A DNA stretch of 64,000 nucleotides from an uncultured Actinomycetota bacterium (lineage in GTDB: Bacteria > Actinomycetota > Actinomycetes > Mycobacteriales > Mycobacteriaceae): NCBI GenBank assembly GCA_963750755.1, contig CAVVRW010000005.1, forward strand, positions 72,605 through 136,604. Direction: 5' to 3'. A program made the position numbers and the translations under genes. The first letter of the stretch is position 1; each line of letters starts with the position of its first letter. Of the stretch, positions 39,775 to 48,705 are shown in pieces. The notes beneath the pieces were generated by a model. It saw nothing but the letters and a program-made list of their open reading frames with translations, made no database searches and was not told where the DNA came from.

Positions 39775-39987
39775 CGCAGCCACCGCCACTACCTGTCGAC
39801 TGCAAGGTGTGCCGGTCGCGATCATGAAGGCTTGGATCGGACCAAGGACGCCAGCCTGACCATGCGGCTGTATGCTCACTCGCAGTTTGCTGCACTGCAG
39901 GACGCCGGAGCGATTTGTGACATCGAGTGACACTAAGCCGCGCGACCGCGCTCGCTGAACGGAGTTCTAGCAGGTCAGAGACGCCAT

Positions 39988-40058
39988 GCCGATGTAGTTC
40001 AATGGCAGAACATCAGCTTCCCAAGCTGAATACGCGGGTTCGATTCCCGTCATCGGCT
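39988..40058 (+). tRNA. tRNA-Gly (anticodon CCC)
   Basis: It folds by hand. Acceptor GCCGATG/CATCGGC, D-arm GTTC..GAAC, anticodon arm TCAGC-TTCCCAA-GCTGA, 4-nt variable loop, T-arm GCGGG-TTCGATT-CCCGT, discriminator T. Only CC (not CCA) follows. Confidence 0.92.
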
Positions 40059-40060
40059 CC
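40018..40060 (+). repeat. 43-bp direct repeat, left copy (the 3' part of tRNA-Gly); candidate attL
   Basis: TTCCCAAGCTGAATACGCGGGTTCGATTCCCGTCATCGGCTCC is identical to 43949-43991. Confidence 0.85.
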
Positions 40061-40101
40061 GATGTGATGTCTCAAGACATACGAATAGCGTGAACAATCG
40101 T

Positions 40102-41377
40102 TTAGGGTTCGCGTTTTTTCTTTGGGCGGCCGCAGGGCACGCCGCGGGGTTGATAGTCCCTGGTCGGATCCAGGGTGAGCTGGCGGAGGAGTTCGCCGGT
40201 GGCGGCGTTGATAATTCGGATGTCGAGGTCTTGGACGAGCACGAGGACACGAGTGCTCGCGTGGGTTCGGCCGACGCCGATGTGGTGCAGGCGGCCGGCG
40301 TGGCGCAGGGTGAGTTTTCCGAATTGGTCGATGCGATCGGTGCGGACCCGGTTGTGGGTGTCGATGCGTTGCCCGGGGGTGGCTTTGGGCCGGGCGGTGT
40401 AGGCGGTGGCGCGGTGTGGCAGTTCGCGGTGTGGGCGGCGGCGGTTGTAGATCTCGACGTAGGCGTCGAGCTGGGTCTGCAGCTCGTTGATTATCGCCGC
40501 TTTGGGTTGGCTGGTGAGCCACTTCTTGAGGGTCTGGTGAAAGCGCTCCACTTTCCCGCAGGTGGTCGGGTGATTGGGGCTGGAGTTGATCTGAGTCACC
40601 CCAAGGCGGCGCAGTTCGTTCTCGAGGTGGTTGCGCCCACATTTGCCGCCGGCGAATCGGGTGGTGAAGACCATGCCGTTGTCGGTGAGTGTGGAGGCCG
40701 GAATGCCGTGTGCCGCACAGGCTGTGCGGAATGTGGCGAGCACGATCGAGCCGGTGACGCGGGCGTGGGCGGTGACCGAGAGCGCGTAGCGGGCATGGTC
40801 ATCGAGCCAGTTGAGGATCTCCACATGAGTCCCATTGGCCAGCCACCAGTGGGTGAAGTCGGCCTGCCAGCGTTCGTTGGGTTGTTCGGCGGCACATCGA
40901 ATGTAGGACGACTTGGGCCGCTTCTGCGGGGTCGGGGTGATCAGCCCGGCCGCCCGTAGGTGGCGGTGGATCGACACCGGCGACACCGCCAGCTCGTGAT
41001 GGTTTCCAGGTGCCAGGCAATGGTGTGGGGGCCGTGGTCGAGCCCTTTGCTCGACAGCTGGTTGCGCAGGTCGATGATCAGATCGAGGGTGGACTGCGGT
41101 AACCGGCCGGGCTGGTCTGCGGGCGACGTGACCGTGGTTCGAAGGCAGCCGCACCCTCGCGGCGATAACGGGCCACCAGGCGGCTGATCCAGCCCTGAGA
41201 GACCCCGTACTCGCGGGCTACCTCGGATTGGCTGCGGCCCTCGACAACAACAGCGGTGATGACCAGACGAGAGACACAGTGCCCGCGTGGCCGGAACTGC
41301 ATCTTCCTGCCTGGAAGACGGTCGATCAGCGCGGTCAACGGGGGGGTCGCGGATTTATTGGCGCCCGAGTCAGCCAC
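40102..41377 (-). mobile_element. IS481-family (DDE, integrase-core) transposase gene, decayed by two frameshifts
   Basis: The N-terminal HTH is in ORF 41078..41377. The DDE core (ERWQADFTHW ... TDNGMVFT ... CGKVERFHQTLKKW) is in ORF 40102..41154. The segment LPQSTLDLIIDLRNQLSSKGLDHGPHTIAWHLE lies in the third frame. I found no matching terminal inverted repeats. Confidence 0.8.
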
Positions 41378-41429
41378 GTCGCCTGCGTCCGTCGCGCACG
41401 TGTTATATATAAATGCCGGGTAAATTCGC

Positions 41430-43766
41430 CTACGGGTGTGCGCCCCGCGCGAGAAGGTCGATCACCGCGGATGCCGTGATCGGTGAACTGTAGTAGAAGC
41501 CTTGTGCGAAGTCGCAGCCGTAGTCACGCAAGGCGGCCGCGGTTTCTGCGCTTTCGACGCCCTCGGCGGTTGTTGTCACTCCAAGCTCGTGCGCGAGGTC
41601 GACGACCGCGCGGACGATCGCCGCAGCGCGGGGATCGACCAGGATCGGCGCGATGAAGTCCCTGTCTAGCTTGACTTCATCGATGGGCAGCTCACGCAGG
41701 TAGCGCAAGGCCGAATAGCCGCTGCCGAAGTCATCAAGCGCGACGCCGATGCCGTGCCCGCGCAACGTGGCCAGCATGGCGCGGGCGCGTCCAATGTCCT
41801 CCACCAGCAAGTCTTCGGTGATCTCGATGATCAAGGCGTCCGCGGCCAGTTCGTGGCGGGCCAGCGCATCCACGATGTGCGCGGCCATAGTCACGTCTGA
41901 CAGCGACGCGGCAAAAAGGTTGACGCACACCGGGATGCGCGCGCCCCGGCGGTGCCAAAGGATGGCATCATTGAGGGCCTGCGCCAGGACCCGCTCGGTG
42001 ACGGCGCGCATCAGGCCGTGCTGGCGCACCAGCGGCAGGAACTGCTCCGGGCGCAGCAGGCCACGGTCGGGATGAGGCCAGCGCACCAAGGCTTCCACAC
42101 CGACAATCTCCCCGCTGCGCAGGTCGTACTTCGGTTGATACACCGTGACCAAGTCCCGCCGGTCGACCGCCTGTCGCAGCTCGCCGAGCAGTCGCACGGC
42201 GACGGCACCGTCGTGCGCCGATTTCCCGTCAAACTCGTGCGGTCGAGCGCGTTCCTCGACCGCAAGAAACTCCATCCCCGCACTGAACGTCTGCAGGCCG
42301 CCACTGCGTAACCTTTTGGCCGCATACATGGCGGCGTCGGCCTGTTGGAGCAAGGCCTCGGCCCGCAGGTGGACATCGTCGGGCGAGGCTACCGCCAGCC
42401 CGAAGCTGGGCCGCGCCAACAGCTTCTGACCAGAGAGCTCAAACGGTGTGTTGAAGGCCTCGGCGATCCGGCGGGCGACCAGATGGCAGTTCTCGCCTCC
42501 TCCCTCGATCACGACGGCGAACTCGTCACCGCCAACCCGGGCCACTGTGTCGCCGGCTCGGACACAGCCAACGAGTCTTTGCGCGGCCGCTTTGAGCAGC
42601 GCGTCGCCCGCCGAATGCCCCATGTTGTCGTTGATGAGTTTGAAATCGTCGAGGTCCAGCGACAGCACCGCGACGGGGCGCTGATCGCGGCGATGCATTT
42701 GCACGGCGTGCGCCAGACGTTCGTTGAACATCGTGCGGTTGCCCACGCCGGTCAGCGGGTCGTGCAAGGCCTCGTCCGCCACTATGCCTAATAGCCGCCG
42801 ATTGTCGGCGAGTGCCACGAATTGGCGTACCAAAATCGCCATCACCACAAACACTCCGACGCCGAGCACCGGACCCGTTTGCAAGCTGGAGCGATGGCCC
42901 ACGGCGATAGTCGCAGCTGCCGCAATGAACGGCAGATAGGGCAGCCACAGCGACACCGGCGCCGGCAGCGGTGTCGCCGGCGCTGACGCGTCAGACGGCG
43001 ATGCCCGCAAACTGAGCAGGGCTGCCAGGCCCAACGTCAGCATGGCCACCGCCCACCCGATCGCGGGCAGCTCACCGCCGCCATGGCTGGCGACAGTCCC
43101 GACAAAGGCGGTGCTTGAGACGGCCATCAGCGCGAGCCCGCCGGTGAGTAGCGTCAGCGTCAGCCGCTGCCGCGTGCGCGCGCGGGCCAGCACCAGGATT
43201 GCCACGGTCAGGGTCACAATGTCGGCAGCCGCATGCGCCAGCGAATAACTCAGCACGGCACTGTCGGCGCGGTCGACCGCGTACACGCGGTTCAGCACGA
43301 CCGCCCAGGCCACCAGGAACAGTGATCCCGCAACAATCAGCCCGTCGAACACCAGACGCGCTTGAGACTGACCCTCATATCCGACGGGAAACGACACCAG
43401 CGCCGCACACCCCGCAATGGGCAGAAGGAATCCGACTATTATCGGCGACGAGAAGGGGGCCGCGTCCATCCCGCGACTCAGCCCGTAGTAGGTCCATGTG
43501 ACTACACCGATGACCCAGCCCCACACCCCAGTGGCCAAAAATACCCACGCCCGCCGTTGCCGCCCCCGGGCCTTGCGCGCCGCCAACCCGGCACTGACCG
43601 CCGCGAACGTTGCGAAACCCGACAAGCCGAGATCGTTGACAGCACGGGTCACCCACGGCCCACCCCACCCCCCGATCCGCCATGCCGCGAACCCAGCGCC
43701 TGCGGCGGCTGGGAGCGCCGCCATGGACACAACCCCCGTCAGAGGCCCCCGCGATACTGCAGACAA
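41430..43766 (-). CDS. Multi-pass membrane sensor with GGDEF (diguanylate cyclase) and EAL (c-di-GMP phosphodiesterase) domains
   Basis: 778-aa ORF with about 9 N-terminal TM segments, ARVGGDEFAVV, and EALVRWPH ... DDFGSGYS. Confidence 0.9.
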   Translation of the reverse strand: MSAVSRGPLTGVVSMAALPAAAGAGFAAWRIGGWGGPWVTRAVNDLGLSGFATFAAVSAGLAARKARGRQRRAWVFLATGVWGWVIGVVTWTYYGLSRGMDAAPFSSPIIVGFLLPIAGCAALVSFPVGYEGQSQARLVFDGLIVAGSLFLVAWAVVLNRVYAVDRADSAVLSYSLAHAAADIVTLTVAILVLARARTRQRLTLTLLTGGLALMAVSSTAFVGTVASHGGGELPAIGWAVAMLTLGLAALLSLRASPSDASAPATPLPAPVSLWLPYLPFIAAAATIAVGHRSSLQTGPVLGVGVFVVMAILVRQFVALADNRRLLGIVADEALHDPLTGVGNRTMFNERLAHAVQMHRRDQRPVAVLSLDLDDFKLINDNMGHSAGDALLKAAAQRLVGCVRAGDTVARVGGDEFAVVIEGGGENCHLVARRIAEAFNTPFELSGQKLLARPSFGLAVASPDDVHLRAEALLQQADAAMYAAKRLRSGGLQTFSAGMEFLAVEERARPHEFDGKSAHDGAVAVRLLGELRQAVDRRDLVTVYQPKYDLRSGEIVGVEALVRWPHPDRGLLRPEQFLPLVRQHGLMRAVTERVLAQALNDAILWHRRGARIPVCVNLFAASLSDVTMAAHIVDALARHELAADALIIEITEDLLVEDIGRARAMLATLRGHGIGVALDDFGSGYSALRYLRELPIDEVKLDRDFIAPILVDPRAAAIVRAVVDLAHELGVTTTAEGVESAETAAALRDYGCDFAQGFYYSSPITASAVIDLLARGAHP

Positions 43767-43948
43767 GTCTCACCCGTGAGTTAGGACGACGCTTCGGCGT
43801 ATGCCCGTGCCCTCGCGACGTTAGCAACCGCCAGCACCCCGGGGGCGGCAAACGACCACCACCACGATCACTTTGCCCGGTCAGGCCAGGAGGCGTTGAG
43901 CGGTCATCAGACGGACGTGCTCGGACTCTCATGGACGGTTCGAACCCA

Positions 43949-43991
43949 TTCCCAAGCTGAATACGCGGGTTCGATTCCCGTCATCGGCTCC
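43949..43991 (+). repeat. 43-bp direct repeat, right copy (orphan 3' part of tRNA-Gly, followed by A to give CCA); candidate attR
   Basis: It is identical to 40018-40060. No tRNA 5' half precedes it. Confidence 0.85.
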
Positions 43992-44006
43992 AGGCCTAAG
44001 CACCAC

Positions 44007-44828
44007 TCACGGATGCGCGACGAGATATGTCTCGCGGTCCAACCCCTCGGTCAGGTCTTCGATCCTGAACGGTCGATCAAGGCGCGCATGCAGGTCCTTC
44101 GGGTCGATGAGCAGGCTGATTTCGGCGGTCTGCCGAGCGAAGAGTCGGCCTATCAACGGGTAGATCCGGCGCATCACGGCTCGCTCCGCGGATGTGCATC
44201 GTGACGCGCAATAGCCGACGTGTCCGATTTCGTCGGTGAGTATTTCGGTGTACAACAACTCGATCCGTGCGGACACGTCCGGTTCGTCGCCGAACAGTGC
44301 GATGCCGGCGCGGCGCAATTCGTCAAACAAAATGCAGCCGGCCATCTCTGCGGCTCCGACGAATAAAAAGCCCAATCGCGCGGGCATGAATACGCCCGCT
44401 TTGACGAACTGCCTCAGCACAAACGGGGGCGGAACGACTTGGAAGTTGAGATCGAACACGTCCAGGGCATAGGCCAAAAGCCTTGTGTGGTAGTGCTCTT
44501 CGAGTTCAAGGTAGACGTTTTCAGGCGGTAGATCCTCATCGCTATTGCGCCCGTAGGTTTCGCCGAGCCCTACACCGAATCGTTCGGCTTGGTTCAGCTT
44601 GGCGGTCGCCAGCAAGAACAGCATCTTTTTGTCGAGGCCGGATTCGGGCTTGCGGCGGCGAAGGTTTCGCAAGAACACCTCGCGGTTGGCGGGATGTGCG
44701 GAACGCACGGGATTCGATTCCAGGTCGTCGAAGAACTGCTCACGGTTCGCCAACCGCCGATTCAGCAGATCCGCCTCACCGTCGCGTTTAGCCAGGAAAT
44801 CCCGGTAGCCCTCGATCGTGTTGTTCAT
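44007..44828 (-). CDS. Ferritin-like di-iron oxygenase family protein (AurF-like)
   Basis: 273-aa ORF with two E..H motifs (LELEEHYHTRLL and LTDEIGHVGY). It overlaps the upstream TetR gene by 4 nt. Confidence 0.6.
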   Translation of the reverse strand: MNNTIEGYRDFLAKRDGEADLLNRRLANREQFFDDLESNPVRSAHPANREVFLRNLRRRKPESGLDKKMLFLLATAKLNQAERFGVGLGETYGRNSDEDLPPENVYLELEEHYHTRLLAYALDVFDLNFQVVPPPFVLRQFVKAGVFMPARLGFLFVGAAEMAGCILFDELRRAGIALFGDEPDVSARIELLYTEILTDEIGHVGYCASRCTSAERAVMRRIYPLIGRLFARQTAEISLLIDPKDLHARLDRPFRIEDLTEGLDRETYLVAHP

Positions 44829-45421
44829 CGGTTCTCCATTCCCTTGACAATCGTTGTCGCATAACGATTCAGCACTGCGGCGTCGTCGATGCCGGTAGCG
44901 AGAAGCGCGAACAGTCCCGTGAGGAAGAAGGTCGAGAGTTCGGCCGCGCTTGCGCTCGAGGTGATCTCACCAGCGGCTTGCGCCCGATCAACGACACCGA
45001 TCAGGTATCCGGCGAGCGGGTGCTGCTGCAGTTCGTCTTCCACCGGACGTGCAGACGAGAAATGCAGACCCAGCATGTCTCGAAAAACGTTTGCGCCCAA
45101 ACGAAGTTGAGCGTCTAGCACCTGCCGCACCATCTGTGACAGGACTGAAGCCAGATCGGCGCTACCCTCTCCTAGCTCGGTCACGATCCGAGCTTCTTCG
45201 TTGAGCTCCAGCTCGACCAGGACGTGTTCTTTGGTCGGGAAATGAAAGTAGAACGTCCCCCGCACCACGCCCACGGCATTCGCGATGGCGGCAACGTCTG
45301 CGGCCGCTAATCCCCGTCGCGCTATCTCCGACAGCGCAGCGTCGAAAAGACGTCCCCGAGTTTCGAGTCGGCGCGCCTCGCGAGCGCTGATCCCAGCAGA
45401 CGGCGCAGTCGGCGAGGGCAT
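44825..45421 (-). CDS. TetR-family transcriptional regulator
   Basis: 198 aa. HTH VAAIANAVGVVRGTFYFHFPTKEHV. Confidence 0.85.
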   Translation of the reverse strand: MPSPTAPSAGISAREARRLETRGRLFDAALSEIARRGLAAADVAAIANAVGVVRGTFYFHFPTKEHVLVELELNEEARIVTELGEGSADLASVLSQMVRQVLDAQLRLGANVFRDMLGLHFSSARPVEDELQQHPLAGYLIGVVDRAQAAGEITSSASAAELSTFFLTGLFALLATGIDDAAVLNRYATTIVKGMENR

Positions 45422-45452
45422 GCGGTCACGCTACGCCAGCCGCTGACGCTCG

Positions 45453-45868
45453 TCAATGACGGCCGTCAGAGTCGAATCGATGAGTCAACTCGGTCAGCCA
45501 CTGCGACACACCGCCATGGCGGGAGCACGTGCCGGAATGGTGTGTGCTGAACGAGTAGTCACCGTCGCGGCACCTCGCCGTGGCACCGGGAGGCGGCCCG
45601 CCCGGGCTGCCGCCGCCAACGCCGGGACCGGTTTCAGCGCCCGGACCGACCAGGTGGGGCGCGACGGCAAGACCCGGAGCACCATCCGCCGGCAAGTCTC
45701 CGACGGATCCTTCGAGGGCTTGGGGATGCAATCCCCATCCGAATTCTTGTAGAAGCCCGACCCGCATCCGGTCAGATATGCGGGCGGCTCGCTCAAAGCC
45801 ACCGGAGCCGCGCCGATACCCACCGCGGCGATCCCGACAGAAACACACAACGCAATACGAACGCGCAC
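45453..45868 (-). pseudogene. Exported DUF3761-domain protein, frameshifted
   Basis: The signal peptide and N-terminus (MRVRIALCVSVGIAAVGIGAAPVALSEPP..) are in the frame from 45868. The conserved C-terminus ATARCRDGDYSFSTHHSGTCSRHGGVSQW is in the frame of ORF 45453..45926. The shift lies near 45690-45720. Confidence 0.65.
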
Positions 45869-45980
45869 AACCCACCCCGTGAGAAAATCTGACTTTCCGC
45901 GAATGAGCTGCCGACGCCCGGCGCACAGCCTAGGGGTTCTTGCTCGCTGTCGTCACGGTTTTGGCTTAAGCAATCAGCGC

Positions 45981-47036
45981 CTAGCCGAGGCTCTTCGCGA
46001 AGCCGGTGAGGTCGCGCACGCTGGCGGCGAACACGTCGGGCATCACGCCCGGGAACAACAGGTCCCCGCCGTGACAGGTGCCCGCGACCACTCGACCGAC
46101 CGCCGGCACACCGGCGCGAACCAGCCGCCGGTAGTAGTCGAGCCCCTCGTCGCGCATCGGATCGAGCTCATTGACCGAAATGACATGTGGCGGCAGACCT
46201 TTCAGGTCTTCCTCGGTGGCGGCACCGGCAAAACACGTGGCGTCGTTCACGTGCTCACCGCCGGGGTCGTAGATCGAGGCGAGCAACTCGGCCTGCTGAA
46301 GATTGACGAAATACCCGTCGCACTCACGCAGCGAAGGCAAGTCGTCGGGCACCTCGTGCCACTTGTTCGAGATGTACGGGCATTGCGCGTAGAACCCGGC
46401 GATCTCGTGCAGCCAGCCTTCTCGTTTGGCCTTGTGTCCCACGGTAAGAGTGAGATTGCCACCGCCCGACTCGCCGGACACGATCAGATGGCTCACACCG
46501 AGCTCGGCGCGATGCGCCGCGACCCATCGCACCCCCGACGCGCAGTCGTTCAAACCGGCCGGAAAGGCATGTGGGCCAAGCTTTCCCCCGGAGTTGCGGA
46601 ATTCGACGCCGACGACGACGAGACCAGTCCCCGCGAGGTGCTCCCGAATGCGGAAGTACATCGCATCAGCCGCGCTGGCGATCGCCATGCCGCCGCCGTG
46701 CAGATGCACAACCGCCGGCAGAGGGCCCTCGACGGCCGGGCGACTGACGTAGAGGGTGACGTCGTTGCCGTCCTCCCCCGCGATCGTGGTCGTCGTCGTA
46801 GTGACACCCTCCGCGTCGGGAACGCCGGACGCGAAGGCGTCAAGCACCGCACCGATGCCCGCCTCGCACATGTCGGCATACGCGAGGCGTTCCTCGATCG
46901 GCGCATCGATGGTGAGAGGTACGACGGGCATGTTGGCTTCGAGCCCGAGGCGCGCCATCGCCTCGACCATTCGCGGGTCCGACCGAGGGTCGGTCCCCAA
47001 CGAACGATCCGGATCTGCAAGACGACCCTCAGCCAT
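45981..47036 (-). CDS. Alpha/beta-hydrolase, hormone-sensitive-lipase-type esterase
   Basis: 351 aa. VVHLHGGGMA oxyanion motif and the nucleophile elbow SGESGGGNL. Confidence 0.8.
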   Translation of the reverse strand: MAEGRLADPDRSLGTDPRSDPRMVEAMARLGLEANMPVVPLTIDAPIEERLAYADMCEAGIGAVLDAFASGVPDAEGVTTTTTTIAGEDGNDVTLYVSRPAVEGPLPAVVHLHGGGMAIASAADAMYFRIREHLAGTGLVVVGVEFRNSGGKLGPHAFPAGLNDCASGVRWVAAHRAELGVSHLIVSGESGGGNLTLTVGHKAKREGWLHEIAGFYAQCPYISNKWHEVPDDLPSLRECDGYFVNLQQAELLASIYDPGGEHVNDATCFAGAATEEDLKGLPPHVISVNELDPMRDEGLDYYRRLVRAGVPAVGRVVAGTCHGGDLLFPGVMPDVFAASVRDLTGFAKSLG

Positions 47037-47067
47037 GCGGTGACGCTACCCCGACACCCATCCTGTG

Positions 47068-47529
47068 TTAGCCCAGATGCGCCGGTTCGTCGGGCAACAC
47101 GGTTTCGGGTCGCACCGGGTAGGTCTCGTCGTTGAGCAACCGCTCATTGACCATGTACCCGCCTATGCAGTCGGAGTACGACGAGTACGAGCGGCTGGAG
47201 CTTCGGCTGGTACAGAGGGGCGTGGTGTAGTGGGCCGGCACTACGACGGTCCGTTCCCGGCTCCAGCTGCCGTCGCCGGCGACCGGGCCGTCGCACAGCG
47301 TGCGACGCCATGAACCGAAAGGGCCGAAAGGGTCCGTCTTGCAAACCGATTCCGCCCTTACAGAACTGGCTACGTTTGGTGGGGCGGCGCTGTCGTCGGC
47401 GTGGCTGATTGCGGCCAGGCCGATGGCCGTCCCCGTCAGCCCGATGGCCATCAAGGCGGCGGCGATGGTGCGGTGCCAGAAGCCCGCGCTGGTGTTGTCG
47501 TTGATGTCGAAGTTGGTGTGTGTGTTCAT
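47068..47529 (-). CDS. Hypothetical membrane-anchored or exported Cys-containing protein
   Basis: The likely start is MNTHTNFDINDNTSAGFWHRTIAAALMAIGLTGTAIGLAAISHADD. The longer track ORF runs antisense into the LysR gene. Confidence 0.55.
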   Translation of the reverse strand: MNTHTNFDINDNTSAGFWHRTIAAALMAIGLTGTAIGLAAISHADDSAAPPNVASSVRAESVCKTDPFGPFGSWRRTLCDGPVAGDGSWSRERTVVVPAHYTTPLCTSRSSSRSYSSYSDCIGGYMVNERLLNDETYPVRPETVLPDEPAHLG

Positions 47530-47677
47530 GACATTGATCGTCGAGTCTGCCGGCGCGGCGCGGAAGTGGTCGCGTCCTTGCAGGGGTACAAGCCAACCTT
47601 GTAGCCCGCCTTCCGGTCGGGTCGGCTTCACCTGGCGTTTTGACCCGGATGCCGGCCAGATCTCGCTACCATCAGGT

Positions 47678-48604
47678 ATGCCGTTAAGCGCGCGGATGCC
47701 CGAACTGTCGGCGCTCGAGCTGTTGTCCGCGATAGCCAAAACGGGCAGTCTCAACGCGGCCGGCCGCGAAGTGGGCACCAGCCAGCAGGCCGTGTCGGCC
47801 AGGTTGACCTCTATCGAATCGCAGATCGGCGTGCGTCTGGTGACGCGCACCACGCGTGGCACGCAATTGACCGCGGCGGGCGAGGTCGTGGCCGAATGGG
47901 CGGACCAGGTGCTGGATGTCGCGCAGCGTGTCGATACCGGCCTGGCCTCCTTGCGCGCCGAGCGTCGCAGCCGACTCTCGGTGGTCGCGAGCCAGACGGT
48001 GGCCGAGCAACTACTGCCGCGGTGGCTGGTGTCGTTCCAGACGGCAGCCGCACGCCACGGCGTCGTCGCGCCCGAAATCAGCTTCACGGCAACCGAAAGC
48101 AAGGATGCGATCGCCAGCGTGCGAGAAGGCGAAGCCGAGCTCGGCTTCATCGAGACGCGTGGCGCACTGCACGGCGTACGCAGCCGCGTCGTCGGGCGCG
48201 ACGAGCTGATCGTCGTGGTCCCGCCCGATCACAAGTGGGTGCGCCGATCGACCCCGATCTCGATTGCCGAGCTGCGCGAAACACCATTGGTGTCAAGGAA
48301 ATCGGGATGGCAGCTGCTGCTGGGCGACGACGAGCCGATAGACAGTGATCACCCCGAGCCCGCCGCCCATCCGCTCGAACTCGCCTCTGCGGCAGCGGTT
48401 CGCGCCGCAGTGCTGGCCGGCGCCGGGCCTGCGGTGATGAGCCGGCTGGCCATCAGCGACGACCTCGCTCACGGTCGCCTGCGCGCGATACCGGTCGCCG
48501 ACCTAGACTTGCGCCGCGACCTGCGTGCCATCTGGCTGGGCTCCCAGAACCCGCCCGCGGGCGCGGCACGAGATCTGCTCCACCACATCGCCAGCACCCG
48601 GTGA
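47678..48604 (+). CDS. LysR-family transcriptional regulator
   Basis: MPLSARMPELSALELLSAIAKTGSLNAAGREVGTSQQAVSARLTSIE. The start is 47678 or 47696; the track ORF is over-extended upstream. Confidence 0.85.
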   Translation: MPLSARMPELSALELLSAIAKTGSLNAAGREVGTSQQAVSARLTSIESQIGVRLVTRTTRGTQLTAAGEVVAEWADQVLDVAQRVDTGLASLRAERRSRLSVVASQTVAEQLLPRWLVSFQTAAARHGVVAPEISFTATESKDAIASVREGEAELGFIETRGALHGVRSRVVGRDELIVVVPPDHKWVRRSTPISIAELRETPLVSRKSGWQLLLGDDEPIDSDHPEPAAHPLELASAAAVRAAVLAGAGPAVMSRLAISDDLAHGRLRAIPVADLDLRRDLRAIWLGSQNPPAGAARDLLHHIASTR

Positions 48605-48705
48605 TCGCGGCCGCCTCGACACATCCGGCAAGGCGTGCACACTGGTGTGATGACGCTATCCAGGTCCTCCGCCCTCGCGCCGCCGTCAACCCCGGGATCG
48701 GCGTG

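Noticed and set aside
40102-41377. The two frame changes in the transposase, considered as programmed -1 ribosomal frameshifting as in IS3 elements.
   Set aside because: The protein is of the IS481 type, which normally has a single ORF. Two shifts are needed, and I saw no A-AAA-AAG-type slippery heptamer at either site.
40018-43991. The 43-bp direct repeats, considered as a target-site duplication of the IS481-like element.
   Set aside because: The repeats are far longer than IS target duplications. They also enclose an unrelated 2.3-kb GGDEF-EAL gene. tRNA 3'-end identity points to site-specific integration instead.
45457-45468. Perfect palindrome TGACGGCCGTCA, 36 nt upstream of the TetR start at 45421, considered as its operator.
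   Set aside because: It lies inside the last codons of the DUF3761 reading frame. It is short and GC-rich enough to occur by chance, so the support is insufficient.
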